A program made the position numbers and the translations under genes. From an uncultured Conexibacteraceae bacterium (GTDB lineage: Bacteria > Actinomycetota > Thermoleophilia > Solirubrobacterales > 70-9), in NCBI GenBank assembly GCA_964536955.1, contig CAZHZI010000002.1:11050-75049 (forward strand): 64,000 bases of DNA. Reading direction: 5' to 3'. The stretch's first letter is position 1. Each line of letters starts with the position of its first letter. This document shows, one piece after another, positions 9,755 through 18,940 of this stretch. The notes beneath the pieces are model-generated. The model made no database searches. It worked only from the letters and a program-made list of their open reading frames with translations, and had not been told where the DNA came from.

Positions 9755-10615
9755 ATGAGCCGGGGTTCCCAGCCGACGACGATCGACGTCGCAATCGTCA
9801 ACTGGAATACGTCACGGGCGGCACTGACCGCCGCTGACGCGTTCCTGCACTCGGAGAAAGTCGAAACCCGAGTGACGATCGTCGACAATGCCTCCGTCCC
9901 TGAGGAGCGAAAGCTGCTCGAGGAAAGCTGCCCACCAGAAGTCGCGCTGCGGTTGAGCGAGGAGAACGCCGGCTATGGGATCGCTGCCAACCTTGCGCTA
10001 GCCGACGGAGCCGGCGAGCTGATCTGCGTCAGCAACGCCGACGTGATTCCGCAGCCAGGAGCGCTCGCCGAACTGGCCATTACCGTTCTCGCGGATCCAC
10101 AGGGCGGGATGGCTGGACCGGTGTTCGGCGGCGACACCGACCGCTACCACGCCGATCTGCCGGGGGCCGTGACGATGCTTGGGCGGATCTTCGTCGGCTC
10201 CTTCCGCACCGGGGCCGCTCCAAGCCCCCCGCCCGGCGCCGTAGCAGAGGTCGGACAACCCTCAGGAGCATGCTTTGTGATGCGACGCGACGTCTGGGAG
10301 AGCCTCGGCGGCTTCGACGAAGGGTTCTTCCTCTGGTACGAAGACGTCGACCTCGCGAAGCGATTGCGGGACGCCGGCTACCGCAATCTCGTCGTCGGCT
10401 CGGCCTGGATCGATCACTTGGGCGCCGAGTCTTTCGAGCAGATCGACAGGGGCCAGTTGCAGGCGATCCGCCTGCCCTCGGTCGAGCGGTACATCGGCAA
10501 GCACCATAGGCGCATCGCGCCGATCGCCAAACCGCTACTCCGGCTCGCCTCCCGCCTTAGGACGGATGGCGCAGCAACGGCCCCGTCTTCCTTCAAAGCC
10601 GCCCAAGACTCGTAG
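9755..10615 (+). CDS. Glycosyltransferase family 2
   Basis: Start MSRGSQPTTIDVAIVNWNTSRAAL. Also VTIVDNASVPEE, ICVSNADVIP, GACFVMRRDVWESLGGFDEGFFLWYEDVDLAKRLRDAGY. Divergent from rmlA with only 28 bp between the start codons. Confidence 0.75.
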   Translation: MSRGSQPTTIDVAIVNWNTSRAALTAADAFLHSEKVETRVTIVDNASVPEERKLLEESCPPEVALRLSEENAGYGIAANLALADGAGELICVSNADVIPQPGALAELAITVLADPQGGMAGPVFGGDTDRYHADLPGAVTMLGRIFVGSFRTGAAPSPPPGAVAEVGQPSGACFVMRRDVWESLGGFDEGFFLWYEDVDLAKRLRDAGYRNLVVGSAWIDHLGAESFEQIDRGQLQAIRLPSVERYIGKHHRRIAPIAKPLLRLASRLRTDGAATAPSSFKAAQDS

Positions 10616-10622
10616 CCAGCCG

Positions 10623-11540
10623 ATGAGCCCTTCTCTCTCGATCGTCATACCGACCAGGGATCGTGCCGCGACTCTGGCGCACACGCTGGCCGCGCTCGAG
10701 GCGCAGGAGGTGGATGAGGAGATCGAGACGATCGTCGTCGACAACGGATCAAACGACGCCGCGCTCGAAAGAGTGCGCGAGCTGGTGGACCGTAGCCCCG
10801 CCGCTACTTGCCTCGTCGAGCATCCGGACGGTGGTCCGGCGGCAGCCCGCAACGCCGGCATCGAGGCGTCGAGCGCTCCGATCATCCTTTTCCTGGGCGA
10901 CGACACGGCGCCGGCGGGCGCCGGGCTCCTCGCGACCCACATCGATCTTCACACCGCTCGCCCCGAAAACTCCTATGGCGTGCTCGGGCGCATCACCTGG
11001 AATCCCAGGCGCCCGGTCACGTCGTTCATGCGCTGGCTCGAGGACGGCGGGCCACAGTTCACCTACGCGGAAATAGAGGCCGGCCCCGTTGATCCCTCCA
11101 ATTACTTCTTCAGCTCGCATGCCTCGCTCAAGCGGGAGCTCCTGAGACGGCTGGGGGGCTTCGACGCGCGCTTTCCCACCGCCGCCGTCGAGGACACCGA
11201 ACTGGGCGTGCGCCTCGCGGACGGCGGGGTTGAGCTGGACTACCACCCGGAGCTGGTCGCGCTGCACGACCATCCGACCACACCGAGGCAGTCGGCCAGA
11301 CGCACGGTCGTCGTCGGCCGCTCAGCGGCGCTCTACAACCAGCTGCGCCCCGACCGCCCCCATCCAAGAGTGAAGCCCCCCGAAGGCCCGGCCTGGGAAG
11401 CGATCCGCATCGCCGCGCCGGCGCTCGCAATGCTGGGCCAGATGCCCCTGCCGCCGGGACTGCGGGAGAAAGTCTGGCTGGCGATGACGCGCGGCGCCTA
11501 TGCGCGGGGGTACCGGCTGGGACCGGCAGGAGAGCGATGA
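10623..11540 (+). CDS. Glycosyltransferase family 2
   Basis: MSPSLSIVIPTRDRAATLAHTLAALEAQ, IVVDNGSND, LFLGDDTAP, EDTELGVRL. Confidence 0.75.
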   Translation: MSPSLSIVIPTRDRAATLAHTLAALEAQEVDEEIETIVVDNGSNDAALERVRELVDRSPAATCLVEHPDGGPAAARNAGIEASSAPIILFLGDDTAPAGAGLLATHIDLHTARPENSYGVLGRITWNPRRPVTSFMRWLEDGGPQFTYAEIEAGPVDPSNYFFSSHASLKRELLRRLGGFDARFPTAAVEDTELGVRLADGGVELDYHPELVALHDHPTTPRQSARRTVVVGRSAALYNQLRPDRPHPRVKPPEGPAWEAIRIAAPALAMLGQMPLPPGLREKVWLAMTRGAYARGYRLGPAGER

Positions 11541-13762
11541 GCCTGCGACGCCTCAACGCCTCGATCCTCTCGCCGCTGGTCGCCTTTCCAATTGCGTGGG
11601 CATTGGCCGCCCTCCTCTCTCAGCTTCACCTGCTGGATGCCCAAGGGCCGTGGTCGACGGTGATGATCGTCGTGGTGATCGCGGTGCCCCTCGCGTTCTT
11701 CGCGGGTGGCCTGATCGGCCAGGGAATCGCAAGTGTCACCACGGCCCTTTCACCAACGAGGAGCGAACCGAGAATCTCGGAACGAACCTTCCGGCGCGTC
11801 CTGATTGTCCTCGTGTCGATCGGCCTGCTCGAGCTCGCACACCAGTTCGCCCTTGCCGGGGCGATCCCGCTGTTGAGCGGCAACATCGACGAAGCGCGCT
11901 TCAGTCAAGGAGGACCGACGATCCTGTTGACGGACCTTCTCACCGTCAGCGCGATCCTGGCCCTGGTCAAGCCGCGTGAGCTCTTCAGCCGCGAATCGCG
12001 CTTTGAGCTTGGAGTCGCGGTCGTCGCGGTGGGGTCGTTCGCCTTGCAGGGGGGTAGGGGCAGCGTGGTTCTACCGATCATCGTGGCGATCGTCGCCCGC
12101 TGGCTTTTTTGGGGCCGTCCGCCTACATATGTGCTGGTGGCGGGGGGCATGCTCGCCCTCCTCGCGATCAGCCTCGGCTTCTACCTACGCGTCTACCAGC
12201 ATCCCACCACGCCCTTCGAGGCGGAGTTGTTCGGCGAGATCCTCCCCACCATGCCCTTCCTCGTTAAACCTCTTGTGCCTGTGTATGTGGCCATCACGAC
12301 TAACTTCCTGGCGCTGCAAGGTGTGATCGGCCACTTTCCGACCGTCGCTCCCTTCGGCCACGGCGTATATGACGCTGCGGCACTGGACAACTTCATCTCC
12401 GGCACGAGGAGCATCGGCGACCTCTCGGCGACCCTTACTCCTCCATGGGTCACGAGCACCATCGCCGGCCCCCTCTGGGCCGATGGCGGCTTCGCCGTCT
12501 TGATACCCGGCGTCGCAATCACAGGCACGTTGGCAGCGGGTGCGTACGCTGCGGCGGCGCGCACCCAATCGCTCCGCTGGTCGTTGGTGGCTGCATACCT
12601 GTTCTTCGTCGCCCTGTTCGGCCTCTACACAAACCTTTGGACGCAGCACATCGACTGGCTCGTCGTTGCCCCGCTGCTGCTGGTCCTCGGCGCCGTAGCC
12701 GAGAACCCGGAGGCACCGCCGGGCGTGGTTGGGCGGCTATGGGGCAAGATCCGCGCGATGCGCTCCACCGGCCAAGCCAACTCCCCTCCGAGCCCAACCA
12801 GCCCGGGGCCCGAGCGGGGTCCTCGGCTCCGCAGCGCCTTCGCCTATGGCTCCGTCGGGATCGTCATCCTATTCGTCGCAGGTCTGATCGTCCAACGCAC
12901 ACTTCCAGAGCCGTATCCCAAGGCGAAGACCCTGCGACTGCCCACGAGTGTCAAGACAGCCGACGCCGTGATGACAAACAGCGACAGGGCGGGGGAGAAC
13001 ACTCAACTGTGGTGGGTCGATCGCGGCGGCCAAAAGCTCGCCGTCCACAGCGCTGATACGAACTACTCCCCGGTTCGCCTCGACACCGTGAGGATGCGCC
13101 TCCCTCGATCGTTTGACCGCGTCCAATACGACATCGGCGCCTGGCCCCCACTGCGCGACCCAGCACTCTTCGTAATGCACCAGGAAAGACGGTCACTGAC
13201 CGTGCTCGTGAAGTCGACTCGAACCGGGCGAACGGTCGGTCGGTTTCGCTCCCCGATCCCAGAGCCCCTGCCAGGCGCACGGGCTGATTTCGTCGTTGTG
13301 AGCCACGGGGGATTGCGTCCCGACCTCTACATGGCGGTGAGGCAGAGCCCCAACAGCCGGGTCCGGATCGTCTCCGTGTCGGGCGAGTCAAAATTCAAGC
13401 GGCAGCTCGAAGATTCCTACCTGCCAATTCGCGGAGCCGGCCCTCGTCAGTGGTCTCTCGATATCGGGCCGATCGCGCAGCCAGCGGTCGAAAATCCATC
13501 GTCTCTCCGGCCCGACCTGGTGCTCCTCGAGCGCAATCCGGACTTGCAAGACGCCATGGTGCGAGTGATGCTTGGCGAAGATGGCTTCCAGGGCTTTGCC
13601 TTCCAGCGCCCCTTGGACGCCCCCGGAGATATGCCTCCCTCCGTGTACGTCCTGATTGGCGCACTCCGAGGCGCAACCGCTCTCTACGTCGTAGACCCGA
13701 ATGGCCGCGAAGGGCCCACCGCCGACATTTATCCGCTTCAGCCCCCCGCGGGTCTCTACTGA
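11537..13762 (+). CDS. Polytopic membrane protein, putative Wzy-type repeat-unit polymerase, fused to a ~330-aa soluble C-terminal domain
   Basis: The N-terminal ~400 aa are a series of hydrophobic helices with no GT-A or GT-B motifs. The gene sits between GT genes and the flippase, where wzy genes usually lie. ATGA overlap with the upstream GT2. The function is contextual inference only. Confidence 0.5.
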   Translation: MSLRRLNASILSPLVAFPIAWALAALLSQLHLLDAQGPWSTVMIVVVIAVPLAFFAGGLIGQGIASVTTALSPTRSEPRISERTFRRVLIVLVSIGLLELAHQFALAGAIPLLSGNIDEARFSQGGPTILLTDLLTVSAILALVKPRELFSRESRFELGVAVVAVGSFALQGGRGSVVLPIIVAIVARWLFWGRPPTYVLVAGGMLALLAISLGFYLRVYQHPTTPFEAELFGEILPTMPFLVKPLVPVYVAITTNFLALQGVIGHFPTVAPFGHGVYDAAALDNFISGTRSIGDLSATLTPPWVTSTIAGPLWADGGFAVLIPGVAITGTLAAGAYAAAARTQSLRWSLVAAYLFFVALFGLYTNLWTQHIDWLVVAPLLLVLGAVAENPEAPPGVVGRLWGKIRAMRSTGQANSPPSPTSPGPERGPRLRSAFAYGSVGIVILFVAGLIVQRTLPEPYPKAKTLRLPTSVKTADAVMTNSDRAGENTQLWWVDRGGQKLAVHSADTNYSPVRLDTVRMRLPRSFDRVQYDIGAWPPLRDPALFVMHQERRSLTVLVKSTRTGRTVGRFRSPIPEPLPGARADFVVVSHGGLRPDLYMAVRQSPNSRVRIVSVSGESKFKRQLEDSYLPIRGAGPRQWSLDIGPIAQPAVENPSSLRPDLVLLERNPDLQDAMVRVMLGEDGFQGFAFQRPLDAPGDMPPSVYVLIGALRGATALYVVDPNGREGPTADIYPLQPPAGLY

Positions 13763-13804
13763 TCCGCCGCCGAGCTGACCTCTCGCCCCGACAGCGATGG
13801 ACCA

Positions 13805-15280
13805 GTGGCTGACGCGGGCGACTTCGAGCCCGCGCAGCCGGCGGATCCGGAGTTGCTTGGAGTCACCGCCGCCCGCGGCGTCGGAATCTTGGTCGGGAGA
13901 ACGCTGGGCCTCCAAGTCCTCACGGCAGGCGTCACGATTGTCCTCGCACGGCTGCTGACCCCCGCCGATTACGGCCTCTTCGCCATCGCACTTGCAACCC
14001 AGCTTGTCGGCCAGCGTGCCGCCGAGATGGGACTTCCCAGCGCCCTCGTACGGATGGAGGAAGAGCCCTCGCCCAAGCTTCAGGCAGCCGTACTCGGCAT
14101 CACACTCGCCCTCGCGACAATAATCGCGGGGCTGCTACTCGTCGTGGCATTCGTCGTCTTGCCGGCAGGCGGCGGCGGCAACAAGACAATGGACGTCGTC
14201 GCCGTCACCTCCATCGCGATGCCGCTCTATGCCGCCCGAGCAATGCCGGTCATGCTGATGGAGCGTCGTCTGAGATTCGGTGGGGTGGCGGCCGTGGAGA
14301 CCGCCGACACCCTCGCCTTCAATGCGTTCGCCCTACTAGCCGCGATTGCCGGCTTAGGGGCGTTCAGCCTCGCCTGGGCGGTGCCGGCGGGCGGAACGGC
14401 GGGCCTGGTCTCCGCTTGGCTCATCCAACGCTCGCTGCAACGCCCCACGCTTGCCTTCCGCCTGGTTAGGCAGCATGCCGGCTTCGGCCTGCGGGTCAGC
14501 GCCCTGCAGGGGATCCACCTCCTCAAGGAACTCGGCTTGGTGGTGCTTCTCAGCGCGATCGGAGGCGCTTCGGTCGCGGGCTTCTACGCGATGGCGAAAC
14601 GGCTCTTCTCGTTCCCCATCGCCCTGACGACGGCCGTGGCCAGGGTCTCATTCCCGGCCCTCTCGCGCGATCCCGAGTTACGCCCCATGCGCGCGGCCCG
14701 GATCGCGACGACGACCGCCCTTGCGGCCGGTCTTCCGCTCGCTTTGGTCGCCGGCGCCGCCCAGCCGCTGATCCAGCTGCTCTTGGGCGAGGAGTGGCTC
14801 CCGACGACGGACATAGTGCTGATCGGGTCGCTGGGGATGATGCTCACGGCGAGCGCGCTCTCCACCATGAACAGCTATTCCCTCGCAATCGGCAAACCCA
14901 ATGGTCCGATCGCATCCGCCGTCGTGGAGACCGCGATCCTCTGCTTCCTTGCCGTCGTTTTGGTGAGATCGATGGGCGAGGCTGGTGTTGGAATCGCGAT
15001 CGCCGTTTCAGGGATCGGAGCGACGGTGGTACTTGCAGCGGTCACCCATCCCCGCATCCGCCGGTCGCTGCTGACCGTAGCGAAGTCAACCGCGATCGCC
15101 GTCGCCGCGACCGCGCTGGCCCAGGGTATGGACGTTGGGAACGATCTGCAGGGTCTCCTCTTGTCGCTCCTCGCCGTCGCCGTGACCTGGAGCGTGCTCG
15201 AAACCGTCCTTTCGTGGCGGGAGCTGCGGGAGTTTGGGGGAGTTGTGCGTCCGATATTGGGAAGAATCAAGGGCAGATGA
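13805..15280 (+). CDS. MOP-superfamily polysaccharide flippase (Wzx-like)
   Basis: GTG start. About 12-14 hydrophobic helices. N-terminal signature: VGILVGRTLGLQVLTAGVTIVLARLLTPADYGLFAIA. ~490 aa, typical of polysaccharide biosynthesis (PST family) proteins. Confidence 0.75.
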   Translation: MADAGDFEPAQPADPELLGVTAARGVGILVGRTLGLQVLTAGVTIVLARLLTPADYGLFAIALATQLVGQRAAEMGLPSALVRMEEEPSPKLQAAVLGITLALATIIAGLLLVVAFVVLPAGGGGNKTMDVVAVTSIAMPLYAARAMPVMLMERRLRFGGVAAVETADTLAFNAFALLAAIAGLGAFSLAWAVPAGGTAGLVSAWLIQRSLQRPTLAFRLVRQHAGFGLRVSALQGIHLLKELGLVVLLSAIGGASVAGFYAMAKRLFSFPIALTTAVARVSFPALSRDPELRPMRAARIATTTALAAGLPLALVAGAAQPLIQLLLGEEWLPTTDIVLIGSLGMMLTASALSTMNSYSLAIGKPNGPIASAVVETAILCFLAVVLVRSMGEAGVGIAIAVSGIGATVVLAAVTHPRIRRSLLTVAKSTAIAVAATALAQGMDVGNDLQGLLLSLLAVAVTWSVLETVLSWRELREFGGVVRPILGRIKGR

Positions 15281-16410
15281 AAATTTGTCTTTTCGATTGG
15301 AACGAAGGTGGCCACCACAACTTCTACGCCAGAGCCTTTGCCGAGGCGCTAGCGCCCAGAGCCGACGTCGTCGTCGCCGGATCCCAACCGCTGATTGACG
15401 ATCTCCGCCCCCTCGACGCCGATCTTCACTCCCTGGGTGATCCGAGGCCGCGCCCCGACTCGACGCGCGGCCTCGACAAGGGCACTCTCGCGAAGCAGGA
15501 GTTGAAACTGCTGCAGGAGGCGGCATCGGCAACCGGAGCCGATCACACGGTGGTGCTGTTCGCGGATCCGATCTTGCGATGGCTCGCGAGCGCTCCCCGT
15601 TTTACCTCCACGGTAAGCATCTTCGTGATGTTCGCCAACGCCCACTTCCCCCGTGCGTATGGCCTACCGTTGGCGCCGCGGGAACGGGCCAGCGCTCTGT
15701 TCAAGGAGTGGAACATCCGCCGTTGGCGGCAAAGGCCGGATGCCGGTGTCCTCTTCGGGCTCGACGCGGAGGCGGTCGCGCTTTGGTCACGCCGACGCGG
15801 GGCGCCGGCGCGTTGGCTGCCGGATCCGATGCTTGAGATCGCCCCGAGGCCACGGCCGCCGGAAGAGAGGGGGGGCTGCTTCCTGTTCGGCTACTTCGAC
15901 GAACGCAAGGGCATGGATCGCCTCGCCGACGCGCTCAGCCGCGATTGCGAGGGACTTCGACTGACCCTTTTCGGCGACATCGCGCCCGAGTATCGGAACC
16001 GACTGGGAGAAGAGTTGACCAGGCTCGAAGACGCGGGGGTGATACTGGAAACCGACTTCCGGCGGGTTCCCTATCCGGATGCGATGGAGCAGATGTCGCG
16101 CTCACGCTGTGCGCTGCTCTCCTTCGGCTGGCGCCCCTCGGGCTCGAGGGTCCTGCTGGAAGCGGCCGCCGCTCGCACTCCGGTCGTGGTTGGCAACGAC
16201 AATGCCGTCGGGCGGCTGGTCGAACGACACGGCCTGGGACGAACCGCCGACCCCGCGGACGCGGGCGCGCTGCGGGAGGCGATCCTTTCGATTGCGCTCG
16301 ACCCGAACGCACCCCGGCGCTATGAGAGCGGCTTACGACGCTACGCCGAGGAGTTACACGGCGACCGTTTCGCGAGTGAGGTTCGAGAGGCCCTTGGGCT
16401 CGCGCGCTGA
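15277..16410 (+). CDS. Glycosyltransferase, GT-B fold (GT4/GT1-like)
   Basis: Start MKICLFDWNEGGHHNFYARAF, with ATGA overlap with the flippase stop. C-terminal sugar-donor half: SRCALLSFGWRPSGSRVLLEAAAARTPVVV. The track ORF from 14794 is over-extended. Confidence 0.7.
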   Translation: MKICLFDWNEGGHHNFYARAFAEALAPRADVVVAGSQPLIDDLRPLDADLHSLGDPRPRPDSTRGLDKGTLAKQELKLLQEAASATGADHTVVLFADPILRWLASAPRFTSTVSIFVMFANAHFPRAYGLPLAPRERASALFKEWNIRRWRQRPDAGVLFGLDAEAVALWSRRRGAPARWLPDPMLEIAPRPRPPEERGGCFLFGYFDERKGMDRLADALSRDCEGLRLTLFGDIAPEYRNRLGEELTRLEDAGVILETDFRRVPYPDAMEQMSRSRCALLSFGWRPSGSRVLLEAAAARTPVVVGNDNAVGRLVERHGLGRTADPADAGALREAILSIALDPNAPRRYESGLRRYAEELHGDRFASEVREALGLAR

Positions 16411-16413
16411 CCG

Positions 16414-17346
16414 ATGAAGCCGACCGTCTACATACCCACCCTCCAGGCCGGGGAGCGACTCGCAAAGACGCTGGCGGCGCTGGAACGGCAAGTGGAGATG
16501 CCCGAGGTGGTGGTCGTCGACAACAGCGCCGAGCGCCTTGGCGCGACACTCGTTCGTGAGAGATTCCCGTGGGTGCGAGTTCTCGAGTTTGGCCGGAACC
16601 TGGGATTCGGCGCGGCGCTCAATCGAGCAGTGCAGGAGGTTCCGGGCGACCCGATCGTCTTCCTAAACGATGACGTCACCGCCGAGCCAGGCTTTGTCTC
16701 CGGCCTGCTCGAAGTACTCACGCCCGGTGTCGACGCGGTCGCTGGGGTGCTGTTGCGTGAGCGCGACCCGGGAACGATCGACTCCGCCGGGGTCGTCGCC
16801 GATTCCACCCTGCTCGGCTTCGACCATCTGTGCGGAAAGCCGATCGCCGCCCTGGCATCGGCGCCCGACCCGCTGGGACCGACCGGCGGCGCGGCCCTTT
16901 TCCGGCGAGAGGCATTTGAGCGGGTCGGCGGCTTCGACGAGCGGATCTTTCTCTACTACGAGGATCTGGACCTTGCGCTGCGCATGCGAGTAGCCGGGAT
17001 CGCTTGTCGCCTCGCGCCGGCAGCCCGGGGCCTGCACGCCTACTCGGAGACCCTCGGCGCCAACACCGCCCGAAAGTACGCGATGACGGGCTGGAGTCGC
17101 GGATACATGCTGCGCGCCTACGGCCTCAGACGCCACCCCGCGCTACTGGCGCGCGCGGTCGCCGCCGAGTCGGCGATCTGCGCCGGCCAGCTCCTCTTCG
17201 AGCGAACCGCGGAGGGCCTGATCGGAAGGCTGAGGGGGTGGCGCGACGGTCGGGCCTCGCCGCAGCGCGAAATTCCGCAAGACGGCCTGCTCGACATCTC
17301 GCTGCGCTGCGCTCTCGCCTTGCGCAGGCAGCGCCACAGCTCCTGA
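16414..17346 (+). CDS. Glycosyltransferase family 2
   Basis: TVYIPTLQAGERLAKTLAALERQ, VVVVDNSA, VFLNDDVTAEPGF, GGAALFRREAFERVGGFDERIFLYYEDLDLALRMRVAG. Confidence 0.8.
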   Translation: MKPTVYIPTLQAGERLAKTLAALERQVEMPEVVVVDNSAERLGATLVRERFPWVRVLEFGRNLGFGAALNRAVQEVPGDPIVFLNDDVTAEPGFVSGLLEVLTPGVDAVAGVLLRERDPGTIDSAGVVADSTLLGFDHLCGKPIAALASAPDPLGPTGGAALFRREAFERVGGFDERIFLYYEDLDLALRMRVAGIACRLAPAARGLHAYSETLGANTARKYAMTGWSRGYMLRAYGLRRHPALLARAVAAESAICAGQLLFERTAEGLIGRLRGWRDGRASPQREIPQDGLLDISLRCALALRRQRHSS

Positions 17347-17362
17347 GAGAGACGTGAGGGTT

Positions 17363-18091
17363 TCAGGCTCGATCGAGCACAGCGATCTGCCGGTAGGCCG
17401 GCTCCCGATCGCCGCCCCGCAGGATCGAGAGCCAGCGGCTCGCCAGCGGCGACTTCCGGGCCCCTCCATCGGGAATCCCAGCCTTCAGCTTCGCCGCGAG
17501 TCGGAGCGCCAAGCGGGCCACGTAAGGCGTCCCCTCCAGCAACGAGACGGCAAGGTGGGTGCCGACGCGCTCGTTCGGGAAAATCCGGACCCTGCCAAAC
17601 GGCGAGAGCGCGGCGACCAGGAGATCGGCCTCCGGAAACCCGTTCTCCAAATGCTCGACCAGCCAAGGCGGGACGGGCCGCGGTTGTAAAGCGTAATAGC
17701 GAGCCAGAGCCCGATCCGCCTTCAGCGCCCGTTCTCCGCATGGACACCCGACGATCAGCTTCCCATCCGCAACTCGAGCCAGCTCACTCAACGCGGTGGG
17801 GCGCAGATCGGCGCGCAGATGCTCCAAAAGGTCCAGGGCCAGTACCACGTCGAACTCCCGGTCGGCGAACGGCAGTGCGGTCACATCGCCCTCGACACGC
17901 CGCAGCCCGTCCTCGGGGATTGCGACCGCACCGTAGTCGGTGAAGTCGCGGTCGCAGGCGGTAATCGACCAGCGCCCGCCCGCGAAGCGAGCGAATCCCT
18001 CGCTTCCGCTGCCAACCTCGAGCAGCGTGCTGCCCGAGCTCGCCTCGATCGTCGGCGCCACTGCGCTGTAGCGAGCCAGCTGGTTCAGCAT
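17363..18091 (-). CDS. Class I SAM-dependent methyltransferase
   Basis: SAM loop: TLLEVGSGSEGFARFAG. Also FDVVLALDLLEHL. Start set at MLNQLARY (18091); a GTG at 18136 is an alternative. The 106-aa track extension is Arg-rich and lies over the divergent promoter region. Confidence 0.65.
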   Translation of the reverse strand: MLNQLARYSAVAPTIEASSGSTLLEVGSGSEGFARFAGGRWSITACDRDFTDYGAVAIPEDGLRRVEGDVTALPFADREFDVVLALDLLEHLRADLRPTALSELARVADGKLIVGCPCGERALKADRALARYYALQPRPVPPWLVEHLENGFPEADLLVAALSPFGRVRIFPNERVGTHLAVSLLEGTPYVARLALRLAAKLKAGIPDGGARKSPLASRWLSILRGGDREPAYRQIAVLDRA

Positions 18092-18186
18092 CGCCGGGGC
18101 AAGTCGGGCCGGGCTCGGATCGAGGTTTCCTTGCACGCGTCCTTGAATATCAGTGGGGAGGGGTTGGCGGCAGCTAGCATCGCGGA

Positions 18187-18939
18187 ATGGCGGGCAGAGG
18201 GTGGAAGGCGCATCTGAAAAAACGCCTGCGCAGCTTGGGCCTCGAACTGCAGCGATACGACCTGGACGGCACGTATTCAAAGCGGCGCCGGCGCCAACTC
18301 GAATCCGAGCGGGTTGACCTTGTTCTCGATGTCGGCGCCCACGCCGGGGAGTTCGCTCAAGCTCTGCGCCATGGAGGTTACGAAGGGAAAATCGTTTCCT
18401 TCGAGCCAATCCGGGAGCACTACGAACGACTGGAAGCTCTGGCTAAAGCGGACCGAGACTGGTCATGCCAACGCACTGCGATCGGTGACCACTCCGGTGA
18501 GATAGAGATCTACATCTCTGGGAACGACGGGTTCAGCAGCTCGGTTCGGGAGATGGCGAGCGCCCACGAGACTGCCGATCCATCTTCCTCCTACGTCGGC
18601 TCGGAGATGGTCGAGGTGACGACGCTCGACCGCTTGCAAGGCGAGATCCTTGACCCCGAAAGCCGTGCCTTCCTCAAGGTAGACACGCAGGGTTTCGAGT
18701 CAGAGGTTCTTGCCGGTGCAACGGAGGTCCTGCGCAGCTGCCGACTCGTAGAGCTGGAGCTAGGTTTCGTCGAGCTGTACAAAGATCAGGTGCTCTTCCA
18801 GGAGTTGGTCCAGAGGGCGCATGATGCCGGCTTTGCCCTGACCGACCTTGAGCCTGGTTTCCGTGACAGCCGCACCAAAGAGCTGCTCCAGATGGATGCT
18901 CTGTTTATACGATCGGAGATCCGGGGGTGTCAGGGCTAG
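18187..18939 (+). CDS. FkbM-family methyltransferase
   Basis: VDLVLDVGAHAGEFAQAL..., AIGDHSGEIEIYISG, TLDRL, FLKVDTQGFESEVLAGA: the FkbM (Methyltransf_21) pattern. Confidence 0.8.
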   Translation: MAGRGWKAHLKKRLRSLGLELQRYDLDGTYSKRRRRQLESERVDLVLDVGAHAGEFAQALRHGGYEGKIVSFEPIREHYERLEALAKADRDWSCQRTAIGDHSGEIEIYISGNDGFSSSVREMASAHETADPSSSYVGSEMVEVTTLDRLQGEILDPESRAFLKVDTQGFESEVLAGATEVLRSCRLVELELGFVELYKDQVLFQELVQRAHDAGFALTDLEPGFRDSRTKELLQMDALFIRSEIRGCQG

Positions 18940-18940
18940 G

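Noticed and set aside
7799-9888. Long N-terminal extensions in the ORF track (for example rmlD from 9067, rmlA from 9888, GT4 from 14794, methyltransferase from 46109, propeller from 20724, aminotransferase from 32410)
   Set aside because: The extensions overlap the upstream genes and are Arg-rich and motif-free. Canonical N-termini (Rossmann loops, signal peptides) begin at internal Met/Val codons that sit at ATGA, GTGA or TGATG junctions.
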